From Octopus vulgaris (taxonomy: Eukaryota), in NCBI GenBank assembly GCA_951406725.2, contig OX597826.1, positions 42,532,001-42,596,000 of the forward strand: 64,000 nucleotides of DNA. Direction: 5' to 3'. Position 1 is the stretch's first letter. Each line of letters begins with the position of its first letter. Of this stretch, positions 11,174 through 24,575 are shown in pieces. The notes under the pieces are model-generated. The model was not told where the DNA came from. It worked only from the letters and a program-made list of their open reading frames with translations, and ran no database searches. Made by a program: the position numbers and the translations under genes.

Positions 11174-13433
11174 CATATATGGGTACAGGACGTCACCAAC
11201 TGTAAACAACATGAAATACGCAAACGAGAGAAAAAATTGAAAAGAGGACAAGTAACACAAAGAACGACCCTTCATCAGTTGTCGGCTGTCTATATGTGTG
11301 TGGGGGTGTGGGGGTGTGGGGGTGTATGTATATACATCATTGTTAAATTATTTTAAAATAATTTTTCTCAATTTCTTTAAGTTGTTACTAAACAAATAGC
11401 ATTCTTGACAAGAGCAAAGGAAAAACAATCTCTGTCACGCGAAAAGTTACTATTGATGTTGTACAGCATATGAAACTTTGTGATAACAGATAGCACACAC
11501 TGAACTGTCAATATCTGCTAGTAATATAACTGCCATCAGTTCGGGGCATCTGGGAGATGTCTGCAGTGCTCACAGTAATGAAATGAGTCAACGTAAACAA
11601 GCTAGGTTGATAACAAAACTAGAAAGAAATGTTGGCAACCTACGCCACGGAATCTACGTCAACACGAAACATAAAATGAATAACAAGTTCATAGCACACC
11701 AACGATATTTTATGAAGATTCTGCTCGCTAATCCCTTGAGAGAAAATTAGTAACGTTAAAAACACCAATTTAAAAAGCTAAGTGAAAATTTTCGTTATAT
11801 AATTTTATATAATTTTCACTATCAATGAGGCTAATATTTTTAAAAAATACAAATTTGTTTCTAATCTACAAACTGTTTACCGTATAAATGGAAAATGCAT
11901 CTTTGTAAAAATATTTTCTCCTCTGGAAGATTGTAAATAATTTTGGTCTAAAATCTAATCAGAAAGCATCTCGGCTACATACAACCAAGAACGAATAGTC
12001 TACCAATATCAGCGGTAAAACTTACATAATCAAATTTAAAACCTCCACCAAAAACTGTGGTTATGTGCTAAGGTTAAAAACAACAAAAGACACCGATGTA
12101 ATACATAATTTCTGAGTAGATAATCCAAAAATCTATGTTCAAAATATTTATAATATTGAGAAACATTGATTTAGTTACAACATTTTCAGTTAAGACAGAA
12201 ACTGAAATTACCCAAAATTAATTTTCTTTTGATGTCTTAACGCAGAAAAAAACCTTCCAAACCTTAAACCTTCACATCAATGATTTCTTCGTCTCCTTTC
12301 ACACAACGAGAATTACAAATATCTAGGTGCAGAGTAAAATGCATCGTACAAAAATGACCAATGAATATATCAGATTTAAAGCATGGTTGTCGGAGCTTTA
12401 CTCATATAACAATGTCCTACAATGCATGTTTGACGAGTCTCCAGAGAAACTCCACTCCATTAATATTAAAACTTGTAAGCTCCAGATATCTACTGCAAGC
12501 TCCCACAGAAACTGTGATGTTCCTGAGACAAAAAAAGGGAGGTGGGAGAAGCTTAAGATGAGTCAGATAGCCTTTAAGTGCCATGTGGTATCCATCACTC
12601 AAACAGCAACAGCCACATTACAGTATCAAAAGTAAATGCATTAACCATATGCTCAAAAGTAAAGAAAACAACATCCTACAGGACGATAATATGCTCCTCA
12701 AGAAGAACTCACATCTCTGATGGCCTTCCATATAACCCCAGAATTTTTGGACTAGTATTCCTGAACAATTGCCTGGAAAAGAAATGCTTTGCATGCCAAA
12801 AGAAAAGGCATGCATGGGTGAGTCTCCCGTAAACTTAAGAATGATACTGACAAGAGGAAATGTAGCCTCTTATGCCCTCGTGACCGTTTGGATTCGGCTT
12901 TTGCAATCCAAGAGTAGAAGATAACTACAAAATACCGAATGGACAAAAAAGTTAGCAAATCCCTTAAAGTCTTTAGATGCACTGAAATACCGATTACGTC
13001 GCATTCCTCAATAAAATATTATACAAGGGATTAGCAATTTCCCAATAACTACCTTCCAAGCGACATTATATGTTACTAAAACAATATACAATGTCATCCC
13101 TAAGACAGACGAACCAGATACAAATGCAGAGTGTGTTTCTGTTATTTATTACATACAAACTTATCAACGCAAGAAATGTTGTTTGACGTTCCCATTAAAA
13201 CTTCTACCATGTGCGGCTGATAGAGTGGTTTGAGAGAGAAAAAGATAATTATGTACTGCCAGCGAGACCAGTTACCTCACCTGTGTGAATATTTGTTTCA
13301 AAATCAGTGAGAAAGTGAATATTTACAGGAAGCTGCTTCGAATCTTACGGCATCTCAAATTCATATTTGTACCAATAAATCACATTTATCCCAGAAATTA
13401 TTGGTGCATCTTTCGGGATTATGTTACTAAATA

Positions 13434-13821
13434 GGCAGAGGAGTGGCTGTGTGGTAAGTAGCTTGCTTACCAACCACATGGATCCGGGTTCAGCCCACTG
13501 CGTGGCACCTTGGGCAAATGTATTCTACTCTAGCCGCCTCGGGCCGACCAAAGCCTTGTGAGTGGATTTGGTAGAGGGAAACTGAAAGAAGCTTGTCGTA
13601 TATATGTATATACGCCATGTTGAATCGCTAGCTTCTGCATGCATTTTTTTCTCTCCTTGTTTCTCTCCGTGTTTCTTTTCTGAGTATCTTTCTGTCGAAG
13701 AGCGTAGGCTCGAAACGTAAAAGACTTGTTTTATTTATATTCCTGAGCACCATACTAATACAATTGTTTGTTTGTACTCCACCTGCCTTCGTCTTTTGTT
13801 TATTTTCATAAAGCTTCCCGT

Positions 13822-13907
<86 letters not shown>

Positions 13908-14110
13908 TGTGTTTGTCCCCCCAACATCGCTTGACAACCGATGCTGGTATATTTACGTCCCCGTAACTTAACGGTTCGGCAAATGAGACCGACAGAATAA
14001 GTACTGGGCTTACAGAGAATAAGTCCCGGGGTCGATTTACTCGACTAAAAGGCGGTGCTCCAGCATGGCCACATTCAAATGGCTGAAACAAGTAAAAGAG
14101 TAAAAGAGTA
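13434..14110 (+). mobile_element. SINE family A (CORE-like) with a Penelope-like unit inserted in its internal TA/TG tract
   Basis: ggagtggctgtgtggtaagtagc...ggttcagcc...ccttgggcaa...; tail aagtaaaagagtaaaagag. Confidence 0.9.
13687..13724 (+). ncRNA. Minimal hammerhead-like motif (A6U variant)
   Basis: tcttt-CTGTCGA-a-gagc-gtag-gctc-GAAA-CG-TA-aaaga. Confidence 0.55.
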
Positions 14111-14344
14111 AATACATAAATAGCAATTTCTTGGGTTTTCAAACAAGGTGACCAACTAGCACACACTTTATAAATACAGTCTGTAAACACAAACTGGTTT
14201 GTATCCTCCGAATTCGATCGATTAATGTAAAAATTCAAAACATTGTACGTTTCCTGGAATAAATATATGCGCTCGATCCCGAGTGCGAACGACATGCATA
14301 TATGCGTACATACATACAAGAGAATACCTACAAAGTTGACCATA

Positions 14345-14835
14345 TTGAGACTGATGGGTCAAAAGAACACTGGTGGAACTTGAAAAATTAAAACAGTCAT
14401 CAAATTAAAACATAACCGGCCAGATATCGATGTATGGGACTACAGAGAAATGCTATGTTCTGTTGTGGAAATCAGCTGCCCCTAGACACAAATGTGGTTA
14501 GAAAATACGAGAGAAAGAGTCTATGGACCATTCATATGGAGTTTTCAAATCCATTACTCAAGATACACATTCAGTTTCGTAACCATTATCATTGGAACAA
14601 CAGGATACAAACCAACCCATCTGGAGCAAAGTATGGCTGAACTTGGAATCTCAGGGATTTAATGCAAATCCTTGATTCATATGCAACAAATGATCACGAT
14701 ACGTGGGACTATAAAAATCTGCAAGACCTTAAGATTTAAAGGATGACGATTAAATCAAGATACTTTCCTTCACAACCTCGCTACCAAGTCGGTGGCTGGT
14801 CAAAATTAATTCTAAATTAAAGAGAGAAAGAGAAG
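14345..14835 (+). pseudogene. 3' fragment of an RLE-type non-LTR retrotransposon with (GA)-rich tail
   Basis: Broken frames give KEHWWN..LKHNRPDIDVWD..VVEISCPLDTN..FSFVTIIIGTTGY..RGTIKICK, the PD-(D/E)xK restriction-like endonuclease pattern. Confidence 0.75.
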
Positions 14836-15044
14836 AAATATATGCATGATATTGATTCACACATGTGTTTCGATACAGGAGATATTGGTAATACATTCCC
14901 ATTAAAACTTGTGAGAAATGCGAATATAACAGGCCTTTAGTGATTTTTGCAGCATAAAATAATTTTTTTAGTTTTAAGGGTTATATCCAGTTTTTGCTGG
15001 TTTACAAATCCGGACTTCATTTGCTGGTTTACAAATCCGGACTT

Positions 15045-15203
15045 CCCCAAGACACCTGATGAAGGCTGGAGGGTATATCAGCCGAAGCGTTGTGTTAACA
15101 ACAAACGAGATGAGAATAAATATCCGTCAAATGTAAATAATGTAAATAATGTAAATAATGTAAATAATGTACATAATTCCTCATCTCTTAAATATAGAAC
15201 TGT
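15045..15203 (+). mobile_element. 159-bp hammerhead-containing insertion with 12-bp TSD
   Basis: TSD aaatccggactt at 15033-15044 and 15204-15215; acac-CTGATGA-aggctg..cagcc-GAAGCGTT-gtgt at 15052-15095; internal (aatgtaaat)n. Confidence 0.8.
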
Positions 15204-15584
15204 AAATCCGGACTTTTCTTTCGAAATCAGATAAAAAAAAATGAATCTTTACGGATAGCTACTTGACAAACTGAAGTAACACAACACATATAAATGTCAT
15301 CTACACCTAAAATTATTGGTTTACTCCGTGACGTTAGTAAATTTCGAAGTGGTAATTTCAAAATTCTGGTGTCTTCAAGCAAATAAAATGACTAGCTAAC
15401 CTGCACTTTTCAAATACAGTCTGTAAACAGAACGGGTAGAGATAGACAAGAATGTTCTACGGCTCAAAATTTAAGTGACTACCTTTGTTGTCATCTAAAT
15501 TATAGCGAATGAACTTCATTAGATACTATCTCCTTCTTTATAAGAATTGAAAATAAGTCAAAATGATACAACGATATAAATGCA

Positions 15585-16465
<881 letters not shown>

Positions 16466-16469
16466 ACAG

Positions 16470-16815
16470 TTTCCGCCGAGGTTCACTTCACTTTTCAACC
16501 TTTCGGAGGTCGATAAAATAAGTACCAGTTGACTACTAAGGTCGATGTAATCGACTTACCTCTCCCCGAAATTGCTGCGCCTGTGCCAAAATTTGAACCA
16601 ATAAATTCTTTTCTAGACTAGAAACAAGGCCCGAAATTTGGGAGGAGCCGGCCAGTCGATTAGATCGACCCCAGTGCGCAACCGGCACTTAATTTATTGA
16701 CCCCGAAAGGATGAAAGGCAAAGTCGACCTCGGCGGAATGTGAACTCAGAACGTAAAGACAGACAAAATATCGCTAAGCGCTTCACCTGGCGTGCAAATG
16801 ATTCAGCCAGCTCGC
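16470..16815. mobile_element. Two family B SINEs tail-to-tail (+ 16470-16602; - 16605-16815)
   Basis: Meta-like core is present on both strands. Confidence 0.8.
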
Positions 16816-16956
16816 TCTGAATACGTTGATTTGGGACTTGAGTTACATTATGCAACTATTTACACCAATTGTTGCTAACAGTTGCAAACTGAGCTTGAAT
16901 CAGTAAACAATTTTTCATTGAACTATAATATATTTGTGCATGTATGTATATGTGTG

Positions 16957-17018
<62 letters not shown>

Positions 17019-17299
17019 TGTTTTGTATGTATGTATGTATGTATGTATGTATATATGTATGTATATATGTATGTATGTATGTATTGATATATATGTCTGT
17101 GTGTGTGTATATAAATACTAGCTGGTGTACCCGGTAGTTACCGGGAGTAAATATGTTCTATTGAAACGCCTTATTAGTCTGATATAAGAAAGCAATTTCG
17201 TTATAACTGCCACAAAAGGTGTAGTCACGAAAACGTACAAAAACTGTCAGCTGGAGGAGGGAAAGGTGTAGGACGTTGGCAGGAAAGATTTTCGTAGGT

Positions 17300-17790
17300 T
17301 GGTGAAAAAGATTGTCGGAGGTTGGTGAGAGAGGTTGTCAGAGGTTGGCGAGAAAGGTTGTCGGAGGTTGGTAAGAGAGGTCGTCGGAAGTTGTCTAGAG
17401 AGGTTGTCGGAGGTTGTCGAGAGAGGTTTTCGGAGGTTGGTGAGAAAGGTTGTCGAAGGTTGGCGAGAAAGGTTGTCGGAGGTTGGTAAGAGAGGTCGTC
17501 GGAAGTTGTCTAGAGAGGTTGTCGGAGGTTGTCGAGAGAGGTTTTCGGAGGTTGGCGAGAAAGGTTGTCGAAGGTTGGCGAGAAAGGTTGTCGGAGGTTG
17601 GTAAGAGAGGTCGTCGGAAGTTGTCTAGAGAGGTTGTCGGAGGTTGTCGAGAGAGGTTTTCGGAGGTTGGCGAGAAAGGTTGTCGAAGGTTGGCGAGAAA
17701 GGTTGTCGAAGGTTGGCGAAAAAGGTTGTCGGAGGTTGGTAAGAGAGGTCGTCGGAAGTTGTCTAGAGAGGTTGTCGAAGGTTGGCGAGT
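17300..17790. repeat. 23-bp minisatellite (gttgtcggaggttggcgagaaag) with higher-order periodicity
   Basis: About 21 variant units; the variants recur in a fixed order. Confidence 0.9.
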
Positions 17791-18490
17791 TAGTTATTTG
17801 GAAATATTGAAAAAAATGTGTATTAATGCAATGCGTAAATTAATTACAGCAATATGTATATATTGAACTAGAATAGACGTTCTTCAAGATGTTGTATGAA
17901 GTGTAAATAAGCAATTATGATTTGTAAAATAATTATAACTGATACAGGGTGTCGCGGGTCAGTGTGGTGTGGAAGTTTGGTTTCATTTTTTAATAATTTT
18001 AAGCATTCAAAGTATGAGCTCATTGTACTGGGACAAACTTATGAATTACGTTGTGGAAGGTAAAATTTATGTACTATCCATCGTAAAATTTGAACTTGAA
18101 AAATGCAGAATTATCGGTGTTATGGGCATTCATAGTGTAATGAAATTTAATTGAAAACCCTGCATGCATTGGCAGAAATTAGTTATTTGGAGATGTTGAA
18201 AAAATTTCTATTAATGCAATGTGTAAATTAATTACAGCAATATGTATATAACTGTTTAGATATTGAATTAGCTTAGACGAAGAATAATTGATTTATTTTG
18301 TAAATATGAAACAATGAATCTGAGACTTACTTGAGATCGCCGTTGTCGCATTAGAACAGCTTCTGAAGTAGAAGCACCCATTCCTACTCGTCGTGGCATT
18401 TTAAAGTTGAACTTTATGAAGGCTAATTTATTAAAGGTAATATATGAATGTAGTATATATGTATAGAAATATGTATATATGTATATGAAT

Positions 18491-18641
18491 AGGCGCAGGA
18501 GTGGCTGTGTGGTAAGTAGCTTGCTAACCAACGACATGGTTCTGGGTTCAGATGCCACTCAGTCCCACTGAGTGGCATCTTGGGCCGACCAAAGCCTTGT
18601 GAGTGGATTTGGTAGACGGAAACTGAAAGAAGCCTGTCGTA

Positions 18642-18728
<87 letters not shown>

Positions 18729-18945
18729 GTGTGTATATGTTTGTGTGTTTGTGTTTGTCCCTCTAGCATTGCTTGACAACCGATGCTGGTGTATTTACAT
18801 CTCCGTCACTTAGCGGTTCGGCAAAAGAGACCGATAGAATAAGTACTGGGCTTACAAAGAATAAGTCCCGGGGTCGATTTGCTCGACTAAAGGCGGTGCT
18901 CCAGCATGGCCGCAGTCAAATGACTGAAACAAGTAAGAGTAAAGA
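18491..18945 (+). mobile_element. SINE family A, full length
   Basis: Same head, core and tail as the other copies. Confidence 0.9.
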
Positions 18946-19803
18946 AGAAAGTGCAATAATAACGTTCACACTCATTTGTGCTCGCTGTTAGTAACTGCGT
19001 TTAGCTTACGGAATTCTTGTTTTCATAACTATCGAAAAGCAGCCAGAAGGATAGACATATTGTTGAGAACAAATGATTTCGTTGGAGGTCTGTTGTATCC
19101 ATTCCAGCCCCTGGTGGCCTAGAAGTGGTTAGAAGGGTCAAGTGGCAATGACATTATTCTGCTTAACGGAGGCATCTGGGAAATGTATAACTGCTGTCAT
19201 TCATAGGAAAACTATTGTTTTACCCTGAGAAAAGCGCTGTTGAAGTGTTAAGTGAAATTTGGCAATCGAGGATCAAATCCACGCTATGCCTGCATGAAGC
19301 TACTACAAATACGTTGTGGGAAAAAATTATCTACTGTCATGGAAAAGTGTAACTGTAAAAAGGCAAAATTATCGGATTAATGGGTATTCAAAAAAGTATG
19401 TATGTATAGAAATGTATGAATGAAGAGATTCAAATTAAGGAAGTGCAATAATAATGTTTAGCAGTTCAAAACTGTGAGTAGTGAAATACAGAATTAGGTC
19501 GGCTGATCGTTGGTTCAAAGTAACAATGAAACGGGTTATTTCCCTTGAGTGTTTAAAAAAAGATATTGTGTAGGTGGTGTGAGTTATTTCCCTTGGGTGT
19601 TTAAAAAAATTAGTTATATAAGGTATATATAAAGGTCCCTTCCAGGGGCCGTATTATCGATTTTTTTCAGCAATCTAAGTATGTCACGAGGTTTCCATAC
19701 ATGAGTTCTACTCAGGTGTTAAGTTTCATGAAAATCAATAAAACAGTGTAGGAGTTAGCCAAAAACGCCACAAACAAGCACACACCGATTTCCCACATAT
19801 CTA

Positions 19804-19859
<56 letters not shown>

Positions 19860-20987
19860 ATATGCAGAGAGACACAGAGACAGAAATCATGTTTTTTGAA
19901 GCCCAATGCTAATGCTTTACTTACAGTATAATTAGATTTGACATTCAAAATAGTTCCATTCACTGCAGATGCACCGTTTCCCAACATTTTCTTCTGGTTT
20001 TGGAACGTTCCATAGAACGCATTTTCAGGAGTAATGTGCAGTTTTTGTGACGAAATTACTCAATATTTTCTATCATCTGATATTAGTGACATTCCAGGGC
20101 AGTTTTCAATATTAAAAGCAAAAATAGTTTTAAAAATCTAGCTGGGGCCAAAGCTGGAGTATATAGCTGGAAGTGAGACGCGAGAGTCACTTCGATAATA
20201 TGGCCCCTGGAAGGGATCTTTATATATACCTCATATAACTAATTGCTTTTTAAACAACCAAGGGAAATAACTCATACCACCTACACAATATTTTTTAAAC
20301 ACTCAAGGGAAATAACCCATTTCAACCGATAAAATGTGGTGCAACAGCCAGATTTTGTATGTCCATGCCTTTTGTCTCTTCTTCAACACTGCCTCTTTCA
20401 AACGTCTAAGGACAGCCAAGTAAAACTTTTTTATCGATCACCTGAATATATCGAACAAACTCTTCACCATTGGCGCCCTTTTCTATATGAGAAAAAAAAA
20501 TTTCCCTTCGCTTTCATATTTGAGCGATTCTGATGTACTTTTTATTTGTTTACTTATTTATTCATTTATTTATCTGGTTTTGCGCACGAGGATCAATAAT
20601 TCAACCCACCACCACCGATTTTCGTTTTGACATCTATAACAATTTCATCTACTTTCACTAGTCCCAAATCAAAAATTTTGATCTAAATTTTGTTGATCTT
20701 TTATCAATGCAATTATCTCTACTTCAAATTTCCTTTTCAACTCCAAGTTGGCTAAATGAGTTTTAGCATCACAATTACTTTTCTTTCATTCTGATTATTA
20801 TTTTCTGATTCAAAGGCTGCGAGTTTTCAAAATGGTTAGAACGTCAGCCAAGTTACCTTGCGGTATTTGTTTCGGTTCTTTTTATGTTCTCAGATCAAAC
20901 CCCGCTGGGATCAACGGCACCGATAAAAACAAGTAGCAGTACTGGAATCGATATAACCCACTTTTTTCTTTCCAGAAAATTCTTTAA

Positions 20988-21027
<40 letters not shown>

Positions 21028-21583
21028 GACTGAGAGAGCAGTGCATGCCATCAAAGTGACACTGGGGTAAAATATACGAAGCCCAGTATACCCATCATGA
21101 CTACCCGTCTGATAAGGGTACACCAGGCACATGCATCACAACCATATGTGCGCGACATGGTGATGTCATATCAAGATAAACAGCACATGACCTTGCAAGT
21201 GGGGCCCAGTTAGAATTTTCTTCTGGTCGAGTAACCCATCCCGCTCAAAAGGTCCTCGAATAAGGGTTGTTTAAGGATGTTGAACGAAACACCCATGCTT
21301 CCAGAGGTGAATTATTCAAACCCCAAACAATCACTTTCAACACATGGCTATGATGCTCCCCCACTACTTCTGCTCGTGATCAGAGATGCACATATCGTCA
21401 ACCACTAAGGGACATGCTCAACTGGTTGAGGTCAAACAACTGACAAACAAATCTGTGGTATTGAGCAGAATATTTGCTGTAGCCCATCTTTTATACCAAG
21501 ACAAAACAATGTACATGATAACACTTCCAATCAGTTAAAATCAGAAGCCATGACGGCCACTGCCTGGTACTGCATCAGGGCAC

Positions 21584-21584
<1 letters not shown>
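21028..21584 (-). mobile_element. Non-coding ~555-bp dispersed element flanked on both sides by (TAA)n
   Basis: Sharp borders with ATT tracts; partial second copy at ~32603-32687. Confidence 0.65.
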
Positions 21585-21656
<72 letters not shown>

Positions 21657-21657
21657 C

Positions 21658-21719
<62 letters not shown>

Positions 21720-21736
21720 CATTATTATTATTATTA

Positions 21737-21786
<50 letters not shown>

Positions 21787-21788
<2 letters not shown>

Positions 21789-22488
21789 AGATGTCGCACA
21801 GTATACAATATCGTGAGGTTGTTGATTGAAGATATTGTGTCAACCTAGAGTTTGTACTGTTTGTCAAGTCACAACAAGGACCTCAGACAGGCAGTACTTT
21901 ACGCAACATGCGGGCAGTTCCAAGTAATGCCAACTTTTGCAATACATTCTAGATTGTAGGGTATCTCTAAGGTTTTCAGATGGTGTTTTTTTTTTTCAGA
22001 TTTGGTGATATTGAACCCAATACTCCGATGACAATAGGGATAACCTTTATGTTCGACTCTCTTAGCTGCCACATCTTAGCGATCTCAATTCTCAGGTTTC
22101 CATATTTATCAACTTTTTTCTTTCTTTCATGATGATATGTTGATCTGGCACTACTACGTCGATTATTAGGCACTCCTGTTTCTCCCTCGTAGCGGTTACT
22201 ATATCCGGCCTTCGGTGCTCTAACACTTTGTCTGTCTGGAAATCAAAGTCCCAGAGGATTTTTGCCGTCCTCTTTTCGTCCATTACCTTTTCCGGTGTAT
22301 GTTGGTACCAAGCACTCGTAACCTCATATCCATACTTATGGCATAGTGGCCAGTGGATGTTTTGGGCTACTTTGTCGTGTCTACGCTTGTACTCTTTCTG
22401 CGAAAGACTTTCACAAGCACTAACAATGTGAGTCACACTTTCGACCCTCATCCCACAACATTCCGCAGAGGTACGATGCACCTGTGTG
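21787..22488 (-). pseudogene. 5'-truncated RLE non-LTR retrotransposon (R4/Dong-like) in (TAA)n
   Basis: C..C...ESVTHIVSAC...YKRRHDKVA...ILWDFDFQTD..HRRPDIV..IIDV..VDKY..VIPIVIGVLG..LQKLALLGTARMLRKVL*: CCHC finger plus RLE domain; (TAA)n on both sides. Confidence 0.9.
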
Positions 22489-22535
<47 letters not shown>

Positions 22536-22536
22536 T

Positions 22537-22740
22537 AGGCGGTGAGCTGGAAAAAATCGTTAGCACGCTGGACGAAATGCTTAGCGGTATTTCGCTCGTC
22601 GCTATATTCTGAGTTCAAATTCTGTTGAAGTCGACTTGCCTTTTATCCTTTCGGGGTCGATAAAATAAGTACCGGCTGAGTACTTGCGTCGATGTAATCG
22701 ACTATCCCCCTTTCAAGCCTTATGACTATAGTAGAAAGGA

Positions 22741-22742
<2 letters not shown>
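22537..22742 (+). mobile_element. Family B SINE with (ATT)n tail
   Basis: Head and core as at 2378 but tail gccttatgactatagtagaaaggatcattattatt. Confidence 0.85.
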
Positions 22743-22787
<45 letters not shown>

Positions 22788-22800
22788 ATCATCATCATCA

Positions 22801-22837
<37 letters not shown>

Positions 22838-23047
22838 GAAGTATCTATGTATGTATTTTATTGTATTCTTTTTTCTGAATTCATATTTATCGACTATCAA
22901 AGCTTCCTTAATAAATTCCATATAGGTAACTCTAAAATTTGTGGAAAGTGTAATCTGTTAATCAATTTATTGCCTGTGATAAAATAATGAAACTATTTGC
23001 TATTTGTTGCAGAGTCTGTTCGTTATGCTACAGCACAACTATATTTA

Positions 23048-23232
23048 CTAGCAGGACCCGTGAATATTTGATGGAATTAATGGTAAATTTATTGGGCTAT
23101 TTCTGAAAACTTTATCCAAAGCCCCTGAAAGTGTAGCTTGTGTTATATCAAAAGAGAGTTTCCCATCTACAAATCATTGAAAAGTGAAGAAAATTGGAAT
23201 ACGATGATTGATTAATGCACTTTATATATACA
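23048..23232 (-). mobile_element. Small Helitron-like remnant
   Basis: Minus 3' end ccatcaaatattcacgggtcctgCTAG|T. Confidence 0.45.
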
Positions 23233-23529
23233 CTTCATATAGTTTATGTTCAATTTTATAGACTTAATAAACAACACTCTTCCTCTGCCTTTCTCACTCT
23301 TCGCCTTGCCCTCTTTCTTTCACTCCTTTTTCTTTCGTTTTTCGCCTTTCCCTTTAACTAATCATGCGAGAGCGTTGCAGACGGGGCTGATTAACGGAGG
23401 AAAATACGTAGTTCAAAAAGAAATTACACATTTCACTCACTACCACCTCTCCTTCCACGTCCCCTCCTACATCCACATCTCCTCGCCACGTCCCACCCAC
23501 CCCTTAAACTAATATCTGTTTACTCTACC

Positions 23530-23890
23530 TTTTTTCTACCTTAAATATTAAATATTTAACATAATAAATGTGTTGTAGGAAATAATCCTGTTGTAAGTTT
23601 CAAATTTAGTTAATGGAGTTTCTTCTATAAGAAAAATTATTATTTTATTTATTTTTAAATAAATATTGTTTAACTCTATTTGCTTATTTATTTTACCATT
23701 TTTGTTAACCTGAAGATTGACTATAATTTTAAATTTTTTACTTATTATATATTGATTATTCATTTTTATACTTTTTGAGATCTAGATATATGTTTTATAA
23801 AAATATTTTTTATTTGTTATTTATGTTTTGATTTATGTCTATCACTGTTTGAGTTGCATAATAGTGGTTTTATCTCTAATTTATATTATA
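23530..23890 (+). mobile_element. AT-rich Penelope-like terminal repeat (inverted homologue of 40560-41030, hammerhead partly deleted)
   Basis: Long reverse-complement match, e.g. taaatatttaacataataaatgtgttgtagga; CTGAAGA is retained but the GAAAC half is missing. Confidence 0.65.
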
Positions 23891-23933
23891 TATATATCTA
23901 TGTGTGTGTGTGTGTGCGTGCGTGTGTGTGTGC

Positions 23934-23992
<59 letters not shown>

Positions 23993-24111
23993 TGTATGTG
24001 TCTGTGTTTGTCCCTTACAAAGAATAAGTCCTGGGGTCGATTTGCTCGACTAAAAGCGGTGCTCCAGCATGGCCGCAGTCAAATGACTGAAACAAATAAA
24101 AGAATAAATAT

Positions 24112-24575
24112 AGAGTGGTTGTATACTGTCAACATAACGTGACAGTCCCGTAAGGGAATTACACCACCGATATTTAGCCCTAGGAAGCATCGACGCTTCC
24201 TGTCAGCATTGACACATTTCCTGTGTCCTTATATATTTACGAAGGGGAGACAAACACCCCCAACAGATAGGCCTGCATCTAGATACATGCATGTTTCTGG
24301 GTCTTGTCCATCATCAGTCTAGAGTAGCAAGGCCTGCAAGCTGAAAATATTTGTCTAGACTTCGTATATTTTCAGTGAAGTTTATTCACTGATCACCACT
24401 AATCTAGATGCAGGCCTATCTGTTGGGTGTGTTTGTCTCCCCTTCGTAAATATATAAGGACACAGGAAATGTGTCAAGGCCGACAGGAAGCGTCGATGCT
24501 TCCTAGGGCTAAATAGCGGTGGTATAATTCCCTTACGGGACTGTCACGTTAAGTTGACAGTATACAACCACTCTA
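24112..24575. mobile_element. Penelope-like inverted insertion (arms 24112-24284 and 24402-24575)
   Basis: ~170-bp arms with high identity; a hammerhead lies at the inner end of the left arm. Confidence 0.85.
24278..24323 (-). ncRNA. Canonical type-I hammerhead ribozyme
   Basis: tctaga-CTGATGA-tgg acaagac cca-GAAA-CATGCATG-TA^tctaga: all core positions are intact and there is a GUA cleavage triplet. Confidence 0.85.

Larger units (their letters stand above)
17118..19810 (-). mobile_element. Probable ~2.7-kb non-autonomous Helitron carrying a 23-bp minisatellite and a SINE
   Basis: CTAG plus hairpin cccggtagttaccggg at 17118-17146; Helitron-like 5' region (gattttcatgaaactt) near 19720-19800; the extent between the two ends is inferred. 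Confidence 0.55.

Noticed and set aside
11180-11292. Hammerhead (minus-strand CTGATGA at ~11272)
   Set aside because: No matching GAAA-stem III found; at most a partial remnant.
17300-17866. Repeat-protein ORFs or CRISPR
   Set aside because: A minisatellite open in several frames, with no spacers.
21520-21584. U2 snRNA similarity or HDV-like ribozyme at the element end
   Set aside because: Only a weak short match, and the pseudoknot could not be built by eye.
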